A stretch of 64,000 bases of DNA from Phoronis australis (lineage: Eukaryota; Animalia; Phoronida). The position numbers and the translations under genes are program-made. The notes beneath the pieces are model-generated. The model made no database searches. It was not told where the DNA came from and saw only the letters and a list, made by a program, of their open reading frames with translations. The first letter of the stretch is position 1, and every line of letters begins with the position of its first letter. This document shows, one piece after another, positions 13,083-25,320 of this stretch. The stretch spans positions 110,006-174,005 of the forward strand of contig NMRA01000735.1 in NCBI GenBank assembly GCA_002633005.1. The letters run 5' to 3'.

Positions 13083-15496
13083 CTGTTTCCCTTCATTTTC
13101 AGTCACAAAGGAAGACCACTTTGACCACGAATTCTACTTTTGCTCTAGCTGTAATGGCAAGGAATTCCGGGTCATTTTGTCAGGATACGTTTGGCTTGTA
13201 CTGTATATTAATGCATACAAATAACCCCGAAATGACAGTTAAAGAAACACTCTTGGCGTGAGAAAAAAAAATTCACAGAAAATATCATGGAATCAAAATA
13301 ACTAGTAACATTACTTCTTAGCAATCGACACACCATAAGGTGCACAACAAGAATACAATAACACTGATGATTACGATCTACATGGATACTGCTCAAGAAA
13401 TTCAAACAGCTGTTCTATGATTGTGTCCTTCAGTTCTCGTTTGTTGAGAACACCTCACTGGATCGCTTGTTGACCAGTTTCCATGCCTTAGTTGAACGCA
13501 TTAGTCAAAAACATCTTTACGCTTTCAGTCATTATTTCAGACCTTTATGCTGACTTAAGAGCCCACCCCATTGTGCTGTATGACTCTCTTGCTGTTTGGG
13601 TACTACCTGCCTGCATTTTTACACCTGCAAATGTAAAACTCAATAAGATATTATATTTTATCTAGTCCATTGGTAGGCTACCAGAACAACAATTGTCAAA
13701 CACTCGTAAACACCACTCACACACCTAACTGTAAGCTGATCCCTGTTCATTCAATTCAAACACAGCTTTTGCAACCAATAATCAGTTCAAAAACTCACGT
13801 GACTAGGAATCATGTGCATGACACAGGGAAGAGTGTGTGAGGAGTGTTTAAAGGTAACAAAGCTGGATGCAACACCAGGAGCCATGCTTTTTGAATGGGT
13901 AGCCATGTTTTGTGAATTAACAAAATGAGCTTAAAAATTCCATATGTTGTGGTCATAAGTGAGAGAATTGTGCTGTTTGAGTGGTCTGATTGATACAATA
14001 ATCCACGTCAAAAATCCAGCCTAAATTTGTGGGAAAGTCCAAGCCATGGCTGCGTAGGCTGTTGAGTAGCATGCTCCACAACAGCTTCACTTTTTGTTGG
14101 GTTGTAATATAAAACATCACACAGCGTTTTTTCATGTTGACTATTAAGTCAACTAGGAACATTCAGTTACTAAAATGCACAGCAAAGGTTATGTGTCAAA
14201 CTTATGTATTTGTGATGCCAAATTGAGTTCAACGAGCATGCTGTTAGATCATGAACTTCACCTTCTATACCAGTGACTTTGGCAACCCACTTTCTCCCCA
14301 CATCAGTGATGATCTTCAAGTGCTGTTGGCTGTTTATTATGCCAGCCCATGCTAACTTGCTGCTTGAGTTCGTTGCGAGAGGCAAAAGAGTTGTTAAAGC
14401 CACCATTCAGATTTCCTAGCAAATAGTCATGTTGGTATCTAATAAATAGTCTTTGTAGTTGTATTAATAAACTTAAAAAATGTTGATAAATAACTTGACC
14501 AAGGCTTTTCCTTGCGGGAGCACTGAATTGACCTTGAGGCAGCACACATAGACAGTCCCACAGCGTTTCTTGAGTTGCGGTTCGTTTGAATGAACTTGGA
14601 TAAGGAATTCTCTGCCGAAGATGGGTTCGTTAAAAAGTTGTTTGCAACTCCTTGCTTACAGGAATACGTACAGTTGCGACACCCGATTTGTCAAACATAA
14701 CCTTGTCACCTTCTTGGAATCCCGGCATTGCTTTTTGGCGCTCGTTTAGTTGCTTTAGTGTATTGCAGACGGTAAAATGTAAGGCGTATGGATTTCTACT
14801 TTACACTACTTTGTGTTCCTTCCGTGTAATATCAAAACAATTACGTTCTCGTGGTAGTTAACCAGGAAATGTGAGAAACTTCGTAATCCCTTAGAACGAT
14901 ACGGGTTAAGAACGTGTCTCGTCGCATTGTGTTAAACTCTGGGAAAGTGTGTATCCATTATTTAGTTATGGTTGTAATAGCGGAAATATACATTTTAGTG
15001 TCTTGGTTGCCCGTTATTCAGTTGATGTAATGCAGAAGTGACGATCTGAAGACTGCATCGTTTTACATCCGATGCACTGAGTGTCATTTTCCTTACAGAA
15101 GAACACAAGATAACAACAGCGCAGTCAGACATTTTCTATAGTTTCCTACTGAAAAATGCGCATAAACCCGGATCCCATGTCAACCGCTGCTATTAGGAAT
15201 CCAATATTCAATCATGGAATCCCGATGTCTCATTTTCTGCCATCAATAGGGGCAAATTGATATAAAACTAACCAAATTTCTTCAACATGTTTCAAAATGC
15301 ATCGGAATACCAACTTCTGAAAAGTTTTTTCTAGACTGGCATAAGTCACGTAAAATATTTTTTGATATGCATCACCAGCTTTAAATAAATTCGCTTATAT
15401 GTAGTCCAAATTTTACAAAGCAAACGACTATCTTATGTGAAAAAACTAAGTCCTATCTTGCATGTGAGGACAAAAAATTCTTTGACTATGTTTGCC

Positions 15497-15520
15497 GTCA
15501 CATGGCAACTCCATATAAAA
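15497..15520 (+). promoter_or_regulatory. Candidate core promoter of gene A (gtcacatggcaac + TATAAAA)
   Basis: 13-mer gtcacatggcaac followed by TATAAAA (15514-20) is conserved in paralog B at 45960-45935 while the flanks diverge. TSS not determinable. Confidence 0.45.
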
Positions 15521-15927
15521 ACTGAAAGTACAAAAGGTACGAACTTTCTCAGGCTAACTGCCGTTTGTTAAGTAATAAGACTTTTTTTCAAATCTATAAT
15601 TCACAAGATAGATTTAAGAAGTTTTCAAAGCGACGCGTTCAGATACTTGACCCTTTAAATGTACCTACATGTAGAAATGATTGCGCTGCAGAATTCGTAT
15701 TGCACAGGCGATCTAAGGGTCACAGGGTTACAGAAATCTCCATATCCACATTTGTTTCAAGTTGTGCTTGATGATACTAAAGGGTAATTGTTCTATCGAG
15801 GAAAAAAGTTTGCATACGATTTTTCACAATTTGGTTGAAATTAATATCACATATACTCGATTTCCCTTTCATGAATGTGTTCGTCCGTAACTTGATCTGA
15901 CATTGAATTACAGAAAACATTGAAGTC

Positions 15928-16009
15928 ATGAAGTACGTTGCAGTATTCCTTGTATTGATGCTGGCTGTGGGCTACCTCCAGGGGCTGCCGGAAGATGGCG
16001 AAGACGACG
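15928..16009 (+). CDS. Defensin-like gene A, first coding exon: signal peptide + acidic propeptide (MKYVAVFLVLMLAVGYLQG-LPEDGEDD, phase-1 donor)
   Basis: ATG at 15928 follows acceptor gaattacag (15911-13). Hydrophobic signal ending ...LQG. Donor G|gtgag at 16009/16010. Inverted paralog at 45700-45619 has identical length (82 nt). Confidence 0.9.
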
Positions 16010-19000
16010 GTGAGAACAATAACTGTCAATGCCCTGGACTTTTTGTTGGCACGAATTTTGCAAGTAAAGCCGAAGTGATCACGGGCAGTGCTTGGAATAC
16101 CTGGCGATGTCTCGCGAATTATTGTATTTTCGCGAGGTTTTTATAGCTGCTAAATCATGGGACGTGGATTAAAAACCTTATTACACTACACTAGCACCTC
16201 ACACTTAATGGTGCATTTCCTCCTTTGTTGAGCTGACTAAAAGAAAAGGAAATTAGGACTTTTACTTTAACAAAATCAGTTTCGTGATAATTCTTACCGC
16301 TATGCAATCCCATTCCCGTTTCCAACTAAAATATCAAAACCATCAACTACTCAAAAACGTTTCAGAGTCTACATGTATTTGGGTTTGGCAACCTTAAAAA
16401 TAAAGATTAAAAACGATGCACGTATGCCTTGTCTCTGACTTGATTTAACAAGTCAAGAACTGACGAGCGTGATCATGTTTCGAAACTCAGAAAAGCTTTG
16501 GTTAAGAAGTCGAAGTTGAAAGCTGAGCAACAATGAAATGAAGTTCATCAGTGTTTCTTTGCATATAGTAGTAGGTGGATGTACACACTATTTGACCAAA
16601 TTTTTGGACACTAAGTAAAGATCTCAAGCAAGGTAGTTTTTATTTACTATATATTACTTTATAGATACCCGTGTAACTTTCTGCAGATCCCTCAGCCACC
16701 GAGAGGTGGCGCGACAAAACTGCATGATGACTAATCGGACGATAAGAGCCTACTTACGGTAGTAAGGCATGAGCTCATTGTTGCGACTTTGGCGCAACGC
16801 CCGGAACGTATATTTTTACTGTTTGGGCTTATCGGTATGTATGACGGATACACAATTACCCAGGCACCACTCACGGGGGTTGTGACAATTCCTGTGATGA
16901 GCCGGCCTTGGGAAGATGAAGCGTTCGACGTGCTTAACAGGTCTTCAGTTTAACAGCGTATAAGATTACTTGTCTGACTCGTTCCTGTAATTGTTTGCCA
17001 CGTCAGTTCGGAAGTGGAAGCCTTAACAGAACCAGGACGTGCTTTCGTTCTTGGGAGAAAACAGAATAGATTACTACTTGGATGTTGCCTGTGTTGGTGA
17101 TGAGTCGGCCGTGGCTCAAGTTCACGCTGGTTGTTTTCCAGTATATGTGTTTAATATGAAAGCGAGCACTACTCCCAAAGCTTTTGCCATAGCCAAATCG
17201 CAGGGGAAGGTGTTATCAGATGTATAGCGTAGCGTTCCTCTGCTTCATACAATGAGTTTTGGTCCTATGATTTTTTTGCATTTTGCAAAGTAATTAGTAT
17301 AGTAACAGCCAATCTGCGTTGTCACACGGTTCGCCTTATGACGAAGCTCAGCGACTAGTCTGTGATTAGAGGCTCCTTAACCAACTTCCAGGCTGACAAA
17401 TGTTTTGCTGTGGACCTCTTGTTCGATCTAGGCATCAAAGTAAATGTAGAGAAGTCTGTTTTGCTCCCTCACAGACTGTGTCTTATATTGGTGGTTATCC
17501 TTCTGCAGACGGAGTGGCGAGTCTCAATCTTTCAGCATTGCGCTTATTGAACCTTCACCATACGACTCGACACTTTCTAGACCTGTTAGGGAAGATCGCG
17601 ACTAGCGTCAACCAAGTACTCAAAACGGCTTCAGATCAAAATATAGGTTATTATGTAACTGATGGGTCAAACAACAAATTGATCCCTTTACTGTTATGTT
17701 GAGTGGTTGCCTGGATTTTCTAGCTTAAAAGTTTGATCAAGGACCTGCTTTCAGGACTTAGAAACTTTTACCTGTAGGGCAGCATCCTCACGTCATTAGG
17801 CTGTTAAGTGGCACCTAAGATAGGTGACCTTCTGAGAAACAATTCCTGATTAAGATATTTTTCAGGTTGTTAAGACTCCTTGCAACCCTCTTAGGAAATC
17901 AAAATTAAAACATCTCACTAAGAAACTTGTTTTATTATTGTCACTATGTCTTTTTGGAGCTGCGGTGGTTTCCTTTTAGGTTAAATCTCAGTTTTTGTTT
18001 TTGTCCAAAAACAATGTCTGCCATATCTGAGACAGATTTTCCAAGCAGAGTAGAGTCATTCATAAACCTTATCTAGTTTTTTTGTCTAGGAAATTCTAAG
18101 AACAAATACTTGGACCCTAAGCGTTGTCTGTCGATTCCTGTATATCTCCAGAGATCAGAGTACCATCCTTTTTATTCTCCCCATCTACATGTACATGTAA
18201 CAACGAAATGGGTAGTCACAACCGTTCAACTGGCTTATATGTAAGACTTCAATCTTGCACTAAAATGCTCCAAATCATACCAGAAAACGCTTTACTCGTA
18301 GTACAAGTCGTTCTAGTGTTTTCTTCAAGGGTGTGTCTGTGTTGACCATTTTGTCTTCGGGTGACTGGTATTCAGAGTTAATGTTTATTTAACACTATTT
18401 GTAAGCAGCTACTATGGTTTTTTGTTATTTACTTTGTGTATTTTTCCTATTATGAATGCTATGATACGCCTTATTTTGCGGGTTTCTGTTCGGGAGAAAA
18501 GTGTTTTTCATTTATATGTAGTATTATTCGCTTTTGAGCTCGGGGTTTGATCTCACGTTGATTTTTTACAATTGCTTATTTGTTTGTTTACTCGGGTATT
18601 CATCCCGAGTGGTGTTTTTAACAAATGAATACAGTCCGAATATTGACTTATTTTTGGTTTGCGTGTATTTTCTGAACCGTACACACAGTTTATCCAAAGC
18701 ATGTTCATCAATTTTCTTCATAGGTAACTATAAGGTAATTCTTGTACATGCATATGGCAAATAAAATTGACAATTTTTTTCAAATTGTATTTTATGAGAA
18801 TATACGTACCATATAGTGGCCACTTCTCTCCATACCTGCCCTTGAACTTCCACAGTCGCTTTCATAAAGGTGGTCTAAAGTTAATCCTGGTTGAAACTGG
18901 GCTTAGACCAGGTTTAAAGATAATCTGCATTTCATAAAGGTGGTTTAACTTTTAGACCAGAGGTCTTGTAAAACCTGGTTTAACTCCAGTTTAGACCTGG

Positions 19001-19113
19001 TCAAAGTCAGTTTTCATTTCACCAACGAGGTATATATTACTTAGACCTGTATTAAGATCATAAACCAGGATTAACTTTAGACTTGGTCATACCCAGGTTC
19101 AACACTTTTAAAT

Positions 19114-20089
19114 ATGGCTGACTCGGACTTGCGAGATATACATGTGCTCTATCGAGCAGGTTAAATACGTCGCGCGTGCGTCGCCGACGCAATTTTAGAG
19201 CGAGAGTAAACTATTTTGAATTTTACGACGAGACAGATTTCAAAAAGCGGTTCCGAATGACAAAACAGACAACCTGTTTGCGATTCTATGCAACCGGCAG
19301 CTATCAATGCGTGGCGGGCGACCTGAGCGGCATTAGTGTGGCATCTGTCTGCAGGATTGTGCGGAGGGTAAGCGAGGCGATCGCATCACTGAAACCACAA
19401 TACATCAATATGCCCGATCCGAGAGAAGCCAACAGAATCAAACAGCATTTTTTCCACGTTGCACATTTCCCTGGAGTTGTCGGTTGTATTGACGGTACAC
19501 ACATCAGAATTGCTTGCCCACGAGGAATCGGGAATCCTGCCGCGTACGTCAATCGGAAGGGGTTTTACTCGTTGAATGTGCAGGCAGTATGCGATGCATC
19601 AATGATGATTCGCAATGTAGTAAATCGCTGGCCTGGATCAACCCACGACAGCACAATACTTCGCAACAGCACACTGGCAGAAAAGCTTCAAAATGGAAGG
19701 ATCAGGGGTTCACTTCTTGGCGACAATGGATATGCCTGTGAAAGATATCTACTAACCCCTGTACTACGACCACCACAGATGCAGAGTTGCGTTATAATGC
19801 TGCCCACAAACGTACTCGAAATATCATAGAAAGGGTTTTTGGGACACTTAAGAGACGTTTTCCTTGCATCAGCATAGATTCTCGACTTAGGTGCCGAACA
19901 CACACTGCCCAGGCAATCGTTGTATCGCTGTGTGTATTGCACAACATGTCAAGATTGAACGGGGACGAAGATTTCATTCCCCAAGAAGATGATGGTGATG
20001 ATGAGGACGTCAACATCAATGTTGTTACACATGACGGGCAAAGAGGACTAGTGTTTAGACGTTTGCTGATTCAACACCATTTCGCGTGA
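19114..20089 (+). pseudogene. Harbinger DDE transposase (HARBI1-family), frameshifted and internally deleted
   Basis: Motifs LRFYATGSYQ, GCIDGTHI, QAVCD, WPGSTHDS, LLGDNGY, then frameshift near 19775 to RNIIERVFGTLKRRF...CVLHN. Early in-frame stop near 19161. Confidence 0.9.
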
Positions 20090-20259
20090 TAACAAAGAAG
20101 TGTGTGAATTGTAAACAAGTCATAAACTCCTATATCGTGTATATAAATACTTATATTCATCTATTTTGTTCTCACAAACTGAAAACAACGAATATATGTT
20201 TGATACACTTGTCAAAATTTAACAAAATCTGATTACACGGTAATAACCAGTGTTCTTTC

Positions 20260-21794
20260 TTACATTAATGTACTTATTTCTTTCTGTAGTTTCTTTTCTT
20301 TCAAAAGAAGAACTCTTTCCTTGAGGTCCATAACTTCCATCCTCCTGTGATGCTCTTTGCGTCTCATTGTAAGAATTTCGACAGGTACAATTTCGTTGTT
20401 ATAATTGGCACGCGTAGAAGCTGAAACAAAATATATCAATTGGATTGAAAGCCAAATAGAGTCACTGACAGTGGTTTTTTTGGTTGTAAATGTTTCATGT
20501 ATCTATATACATGTGAGGAAAATTGATACAGTACAACGAGTCTTCGTTAATCGGACATTTTAAATCACGAAAAGTCAAAAATTTAATTATGAATTCTTGG
20601 CTCCAACATTAATGGTTAATTCCCCTCGATGATTGGTTTATAAGTATTCAACGTAAATCTATAACTTTCTCAAACAAAGGGCCAATGAAATATCATTTGT
20701 CATATACATCATTCATGCCGCCATGCAAAACAACCACACCCATATTAAACGTTAATTAAGATAACTTTGTTTTTAATCGTTTATTTTAATAATTACGAAA
20801 CATGCAAGTCCCGTTCATGCAACTTTGTCAAGGAAAATGGCGTTAAATATTGAGGCGTCTGAATAACTGCAATGGTTCCGCAATTTTTGTTCTAATGCAC
20901 AAAATTTCCCATGATACGGAAAATATTTCCGCAAGTATTTCCGCAAAAACGCCTTCCATGAACGGGACTTACATGTAGGTTCATACACGGAAAAGACTGC
21001 ATGCCTACAATTGTACCTCGGGAATTTGACGGCTTTTCTGACTCCATTGCTTTTCTAGCACCAACAGGGCTTCTCAGGCGAAATGGAACTTGGTAGCTTT
21101 GTGGCGTACCTTGTCTACTTATCTCTGAGTAGGGGGTACAGTAGACTTGTTCTTGGTTGCCACGCGGTGTACTCAGTGTACTGGAACCACGTGCGGGACT
21201 CGAAAGGGGAGTCTGCTGTCTACTCAGTTCGCGGCTCGTCCCGGGTACATAGGCTCCTTGAGCACATTGGGATTTGCTCTCCCTGTAGCATCTGAGTTTT
21301 TGTGGACTGCATCTACCGTGGCTGACAAGAAGACAGCACATTCAAATGTTGACCCGTACCTGTTGCAGTGTGTCCCTCAGACTCCATACAGTCTGACTGG
21401 TTATGCAGGGCGTCATCGTCGTAAGCATTTCGGGCAGGACTGACGACGTCATCATCTAGGATCAAGTCTAACACCACCTGATTTTCATGACTGAGTTCCA
21501 CCTCCTTTGGTCCTCCGCCGGTTTCCTTTGCAGCTTTTTTAGTGATGAAAATTCCTTTTTGGCCTTCATTTTTGAGCGTTTCCAAAAGACCTTTATCTGT
21601 TTATCGTTGCGTTTTTCTGATTGCGGGAACTGTGCAGCCAGTCTGTACCCAATGTCCCTCCAAGCCTGTTGCTTCCGTTGACTTGTTTTGGCGTCACTTT
21701 TCTTGTTCTCTATTACATCAATTTTTTCTGCAATGAGTTCTGTGAGGAAACCTTTTTCCTCAGAAGAAAAGTTTTCCAACCTTTTTCTACCCAT
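20260..21794 (-). pseudogene. Harbinger Myb/SANT-like DNA-binding protein (spliced, frameshifted)
   Basis: MGRKRLENFSSEEK...QAWRDI...QIKVFWKRSK, frameshift to KETGGGP. Terminal coiled-coil exon 20420-20260 (…EILTMRRKEHHRRMEVMDLKERVLLLKEKKLQKEISTLM*) after a cag acceptor. Confidence 0.8.
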
Positions 21795-23714
21795 TTTATT
21801 GATGACAGAGCCACCACGAAAATACTTCTGCACTGATTTACCTACATGTACCAGTGTGTGCTAGCTGTCATTGAAACCCACGTGATCACAATTCCATTGA
21901 AGCACTTCAATAGCTTCTTTGTTGGGTTTACCGGGCTCTACACAGTGGGTTGCCTTTGATACTTTAAGCCTGGTTTTACTGAACCGGCTAACTGGTCTAG
22001 CAAAACCAGGCTTTCAGATTGTTAAACCATGATGGTGAAATGCAAGTTAGGTCTAATATTAGACCAGGTTTAGGAAGACCAGGTTTAAGTCTTAAACCTG
22101 GTTTTGTTAAACCACCTTTATGAAATCGGCTGCCAGTGTTCAAGTTGGGGAATCAATCAACTCATGCCGTCCGAGCAGAAGTGAGTTCCTATTGGTTAGA
22201 TTGGTGATAAAGCAGTTCGAAGTCACCCTTTTCGGTGACTGAAAGGACTGGGGGTTTAAGAAGGAACCAAAAATAAGTTAGTATAAGGTAAGTTTATTCT
22301 CATGAATTTTACAATTTTATGGTTAACTGGCCAGTTATCCGTGATAGTCTGTATTGGCTGCTACTTCACCTGGTCAAAAATGGCCAGCTTTAAAGCCATC
22401 TTCAAATAATAGTAAACTAATGATTATCTAAGCCAAAAATAATACCTGTGGTCGACTGGTGAAATTACATCACTCGATTCATCTGAGGATTAACAAAAAT
22501 TAACTCAATCCGCTTGCAATTTGATTAAACCAGCTGACCAAATGTTTTTAAGGTCAAAATTTAAAACTGGCACGAGATGCTTAAAAAACAAAATCGTAAC
22601 GGATATCCGTATTGCACGTGCCACAAAGTTTACAATGTTAATTTTCATGGTCTGACAATCTAAGCGTTCAACCCCACCATACATCGGTTCAATGCACGCA
22701 CACCACGAATCAAATACGCAAACAGGTAGGAAATGTTTTATCTCCAATTCATTTATCTTCCCTGGTAACAGACACTTTTAATCGGGACTTTTACTGCCTG
22801 TGTTGTCAGGCTATGCCAAAGCAAAGCATGACGGGACCAGTCAGCGGTAGCCAAATTGCTATACTGGAGAGTACTTACATGTATAACATATCCCGCCAAA
22901 ACTTCGACTTGTTGAGCGACCACAACTAACCATTTTGCACTGGGAACTGCTGCCTTGCCTAAGCTCGAATACGAAGAATTGGAAAAAAATATTAAGTTTT
23001 AAAACGTATTTAAGAATACGTACATCAAACGTACCTAGAGTGGCGTACATGAAGTAATATCCCACGAGACATTATTACGCGTATCGACCGAGACTGAAGG
23101 AATAATGTCGATTGCGCTAACAATGCCCTAACTTTTGAACTTACCATGTCAGAGGTCACTATTGAAGTAGTGCGGAAGGTGAATACGAAAAACATTAGTA
23201 CATGGCCGTATTTCCCTGGACAGGTTCAACGCGTATGGGATAAAAAACGTTCTACATTATTCAACATTAATGAACTAGTCGTCCATGGATTTTTTCAACA
23301 GTTGTGTTTATTTATATGCCTTATGTTAACTGCAACAGAGGCAGTTTTGGATGTTATCCGTAAAAAACCTAAAAAACTGTGGTAGCTAACTTGTATGCTT
23401 CACGAACTGGAAAGGATGCTCTCATTGGTAATAAGCTGTTGTTTTGATACAACTCCGTTCAACTCCACGTCACTTAGTCTTTCTTCCCCGAACCCCCCCC
23501 CCCCCACCCGAGAGGACGCTCCCTCTCCAACACTCATTATACAACAGCAGGTGTTATGATTTTCGTCACTTTCTACATTGTGCCAGAGCCTTTCGAACGT
23601 CGACGCCCTTACCTCCAAACACAGGTCAAGAGCTGAAGCCGCACGCTTCTACCGTTAGAATTCTGAAATAACGTACGACAGTATTTTACAAATGAATAGT
23701 GTCCTCTATTTCAG

Positions 23715-23827
23715 CTGGACAGCAAAGATCCCGCCGATGCTCTGGTATAAGTTGCGGTATAACTTGCCTGACCAAAGGTGGAGGCGAATGCAAAGGGTCA
23801 AGATGTGTGTGTAATAGATCTAAATAG
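23715..23827 (+). CDS. Defensin-like gene A, second coding exon: (A)GQQRSRR-CSGISCGITCLTKGGGECKGSRCVCNRSK*; CS-alpha/beta-type six-Cys peptide
   Basis: Acceptor cctctatttcag|CT at 23714/15 in the phase matching exon 1. Open frame to TAG 23825-27. RSRR cleavage site. Spacing C-x4-C-x3-C-x7-C-x4-C-x-C. 113 nt, same as the paralog exon. Confidence 0.9.
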
Positions 23828-25043
23828 GTAGGTATCAAACTATGGAGAATCAAGGAAAATAGTACAATTGGTTCTGATCTGCGACAAAACGTTTGTGAAA
23901 AATGCACCTCAATGTTAAAAAAACAGCGCCAACACCCCAACAATTTTTGTTCCAAAAGCTTCACAAACGTAAGCAACAACATCGTATGGTAACTTAGCAA
24001 GACTCACCACTTTCTTAGCTACAAATGTTGCGGACAACTCTGCTTACCACATGATTACAATCAACCCGGTCATTCCGAGCGGTAGTACCGCGTCATTGGA
24101 GAGTTTGGGCTGGATAAAATAGCACACCACTTAAGCGCATATTGTGTGACTTTTGAAAATTGTATAACTACATGCATACCGCATCACGCATCAGTTCTCC
24201 AAGACAAGAGCCAGATAGTCTAACCAAGATCTGTCCGGATCTTGGACATGAGATTGACGGGTTTAATTTCTACTTTTCCAATACTGGGTGGAGTTCAATA
24301 ACTCTAGGACCTCGTTGGAAAACCCCGACTTCGCTTGATTACGCGAGATATTGCAGTCTCTTTTAAATAAAAACACGTGGTTTTGGCTACATGTTTCTAG
24401 CAGTGACACAGCTACTGATACAGTGTATATCCTAGTATTATACCTCGCATCGTGTGGTACAGAATCTGGGGGCAGCTTTTTTAACAGCAAGGCCACTGCG
24501 ACTGCAGAATGATGGTGAAGTCTACGTTAAATTCTCTATATTATGGAACATACATGTACATGTAGAGTATGCACTGTTGAGGCTGCACCCTATTGTTTGA
24601 GACTACAACTACACATATACATGTAGGCCTTTATGTACATGTAAGTGTTTAATGAACGAAAGGCTCACTCAGTTTTTATTTATACATGTATTACTAGAGT
24701 TTGGCAAATTGTAAATTACTTCATATTAGCAATAAGATGATGGGGTGAAGTCACACATGCTTGAGTTTTGAACGTCACAGGCACGCAATTGATTTAGGGA
24801 TCTTAGTTGATTAGGTATGTTCACAGTCCAAATTTGGATATTAGGTCCCCTGTGTCCAGGAATTGAGAATAAGTTAACTTAAGCAGTTGTTAATATTTCA
24901 CTAAGAAATATTTGTTCACCATTTCAAACATTACCATTATCACAATGATGAAGACAGTTCAGACCGCAGAGGTTACCGTGAACATATCCAGTTAAAGTAC
25001 TAGATTTAACAACAATAAATCTTCTGGAACTTTCTAGGATATC

Positions 25044-25320
25044 ATTATCCCGACGTGGTAGAGCCGCATTGCTTGGCATTGATGACTAGCTGGTTTGCGC
25101 GAAGATTTCGTCGCTCGCTACCGGTGTTCATAGACTACAGATCAAGTCTCTGGGTCCCGAGTCAGATAACTCAAATCTAGCCTCTCCTTTTCATTCATAG
25201 AGGGCGTTCTTGCCGTTTTTGTCTGTGGAAATCTCCAGAGGACGACGGACTTCGTGCGTGAACCAGTCAGTCATCAATACCCAATAGAAGGAACTAGTCG
25301 ACTCCGTAAGGACGGGAAAT
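25044..25320. mobile_element. Old foldback/MITE-like hairpin in the post-stop intron of gene A (paralogous copy 43110-43405 in gene B)
   Basis: Arms ttatcccgacg...ggcattgatgactagctggtttgcgcg and cgtgcgtgaaccagtcagtcatcaatacc...gacgggaaat are imperfect reverse complements. Confidence 0.6.

Larger units (their letters stand above)
18853..22132 (+). mobile_element. PIF/Harbinger DNA transposon, both ends present, two convergent genes
   Basis: TIRs cagtcgctttcataaaggtggt / accacctttatgaaatcggctg. Flanking 3-bp direct repeat cca (18850-52, 22133-35). Subterminal aaaccagg/agacc repeats. DDE transposase plus Myb/SANT gene. Confidence 0.93.
16700..22318 (+). mobile_element. Degenerate DIRS1-type tyrosine-recombinase retrotransposon inside the gene A intron (interrupted by Harbinger)
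   Basis: RT remnants LLFDLGIKVNVEKSV/PSQTVSYIG/RHFLDLLGKIA (~17415-17600). YR remnants PCNPLRKSKLKHLTKKLVF (~17880) and TRSTSRSSVFFKGVSVLTILSSGDWYSELMFI*HYL (~18294-18400). Terminal inverted pair 18781-18810 / 22287-22318. 5' boundary uncertain. Confidence 0.75.

Noticed and set aside
13200-14870. Cluster of short minus-strand ORFs that might be a decayed gene
   Set aside because: No motif I can recognise and many stops. Needs BLASTx before any call.
15928-16146. 72-aa unspliced ORF (…GENNNCQCPG…) as the gene product
   Set aside because: A canonical G|gtgag donor at 16009 is conserved in paralog B (gtaag). The read-through tail is intronic and not conserved as protein.
16687-16727. Nearer phase-compatible acceptor giving …DPSATERWRDKTA*
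   Set aside because: No counterpart in gene B and it lies at the DIRS edge. At most a cryptic splice product.
19176-20089. Domesticated host HARBI1 gene
   Set aside because: Flanked by TIRs and TSD, paired with a Myb gene, and disabled by frameshift and deletion, so it is a transposon copy.
23444-23671. ORF similar to ORF 44438-44641 (RHFLH…TP…PN.G..LK)
   Set aside because: Non-ATG starts and frame-shifting indels between copies. Explained by intron homology just upstream of the real exon.
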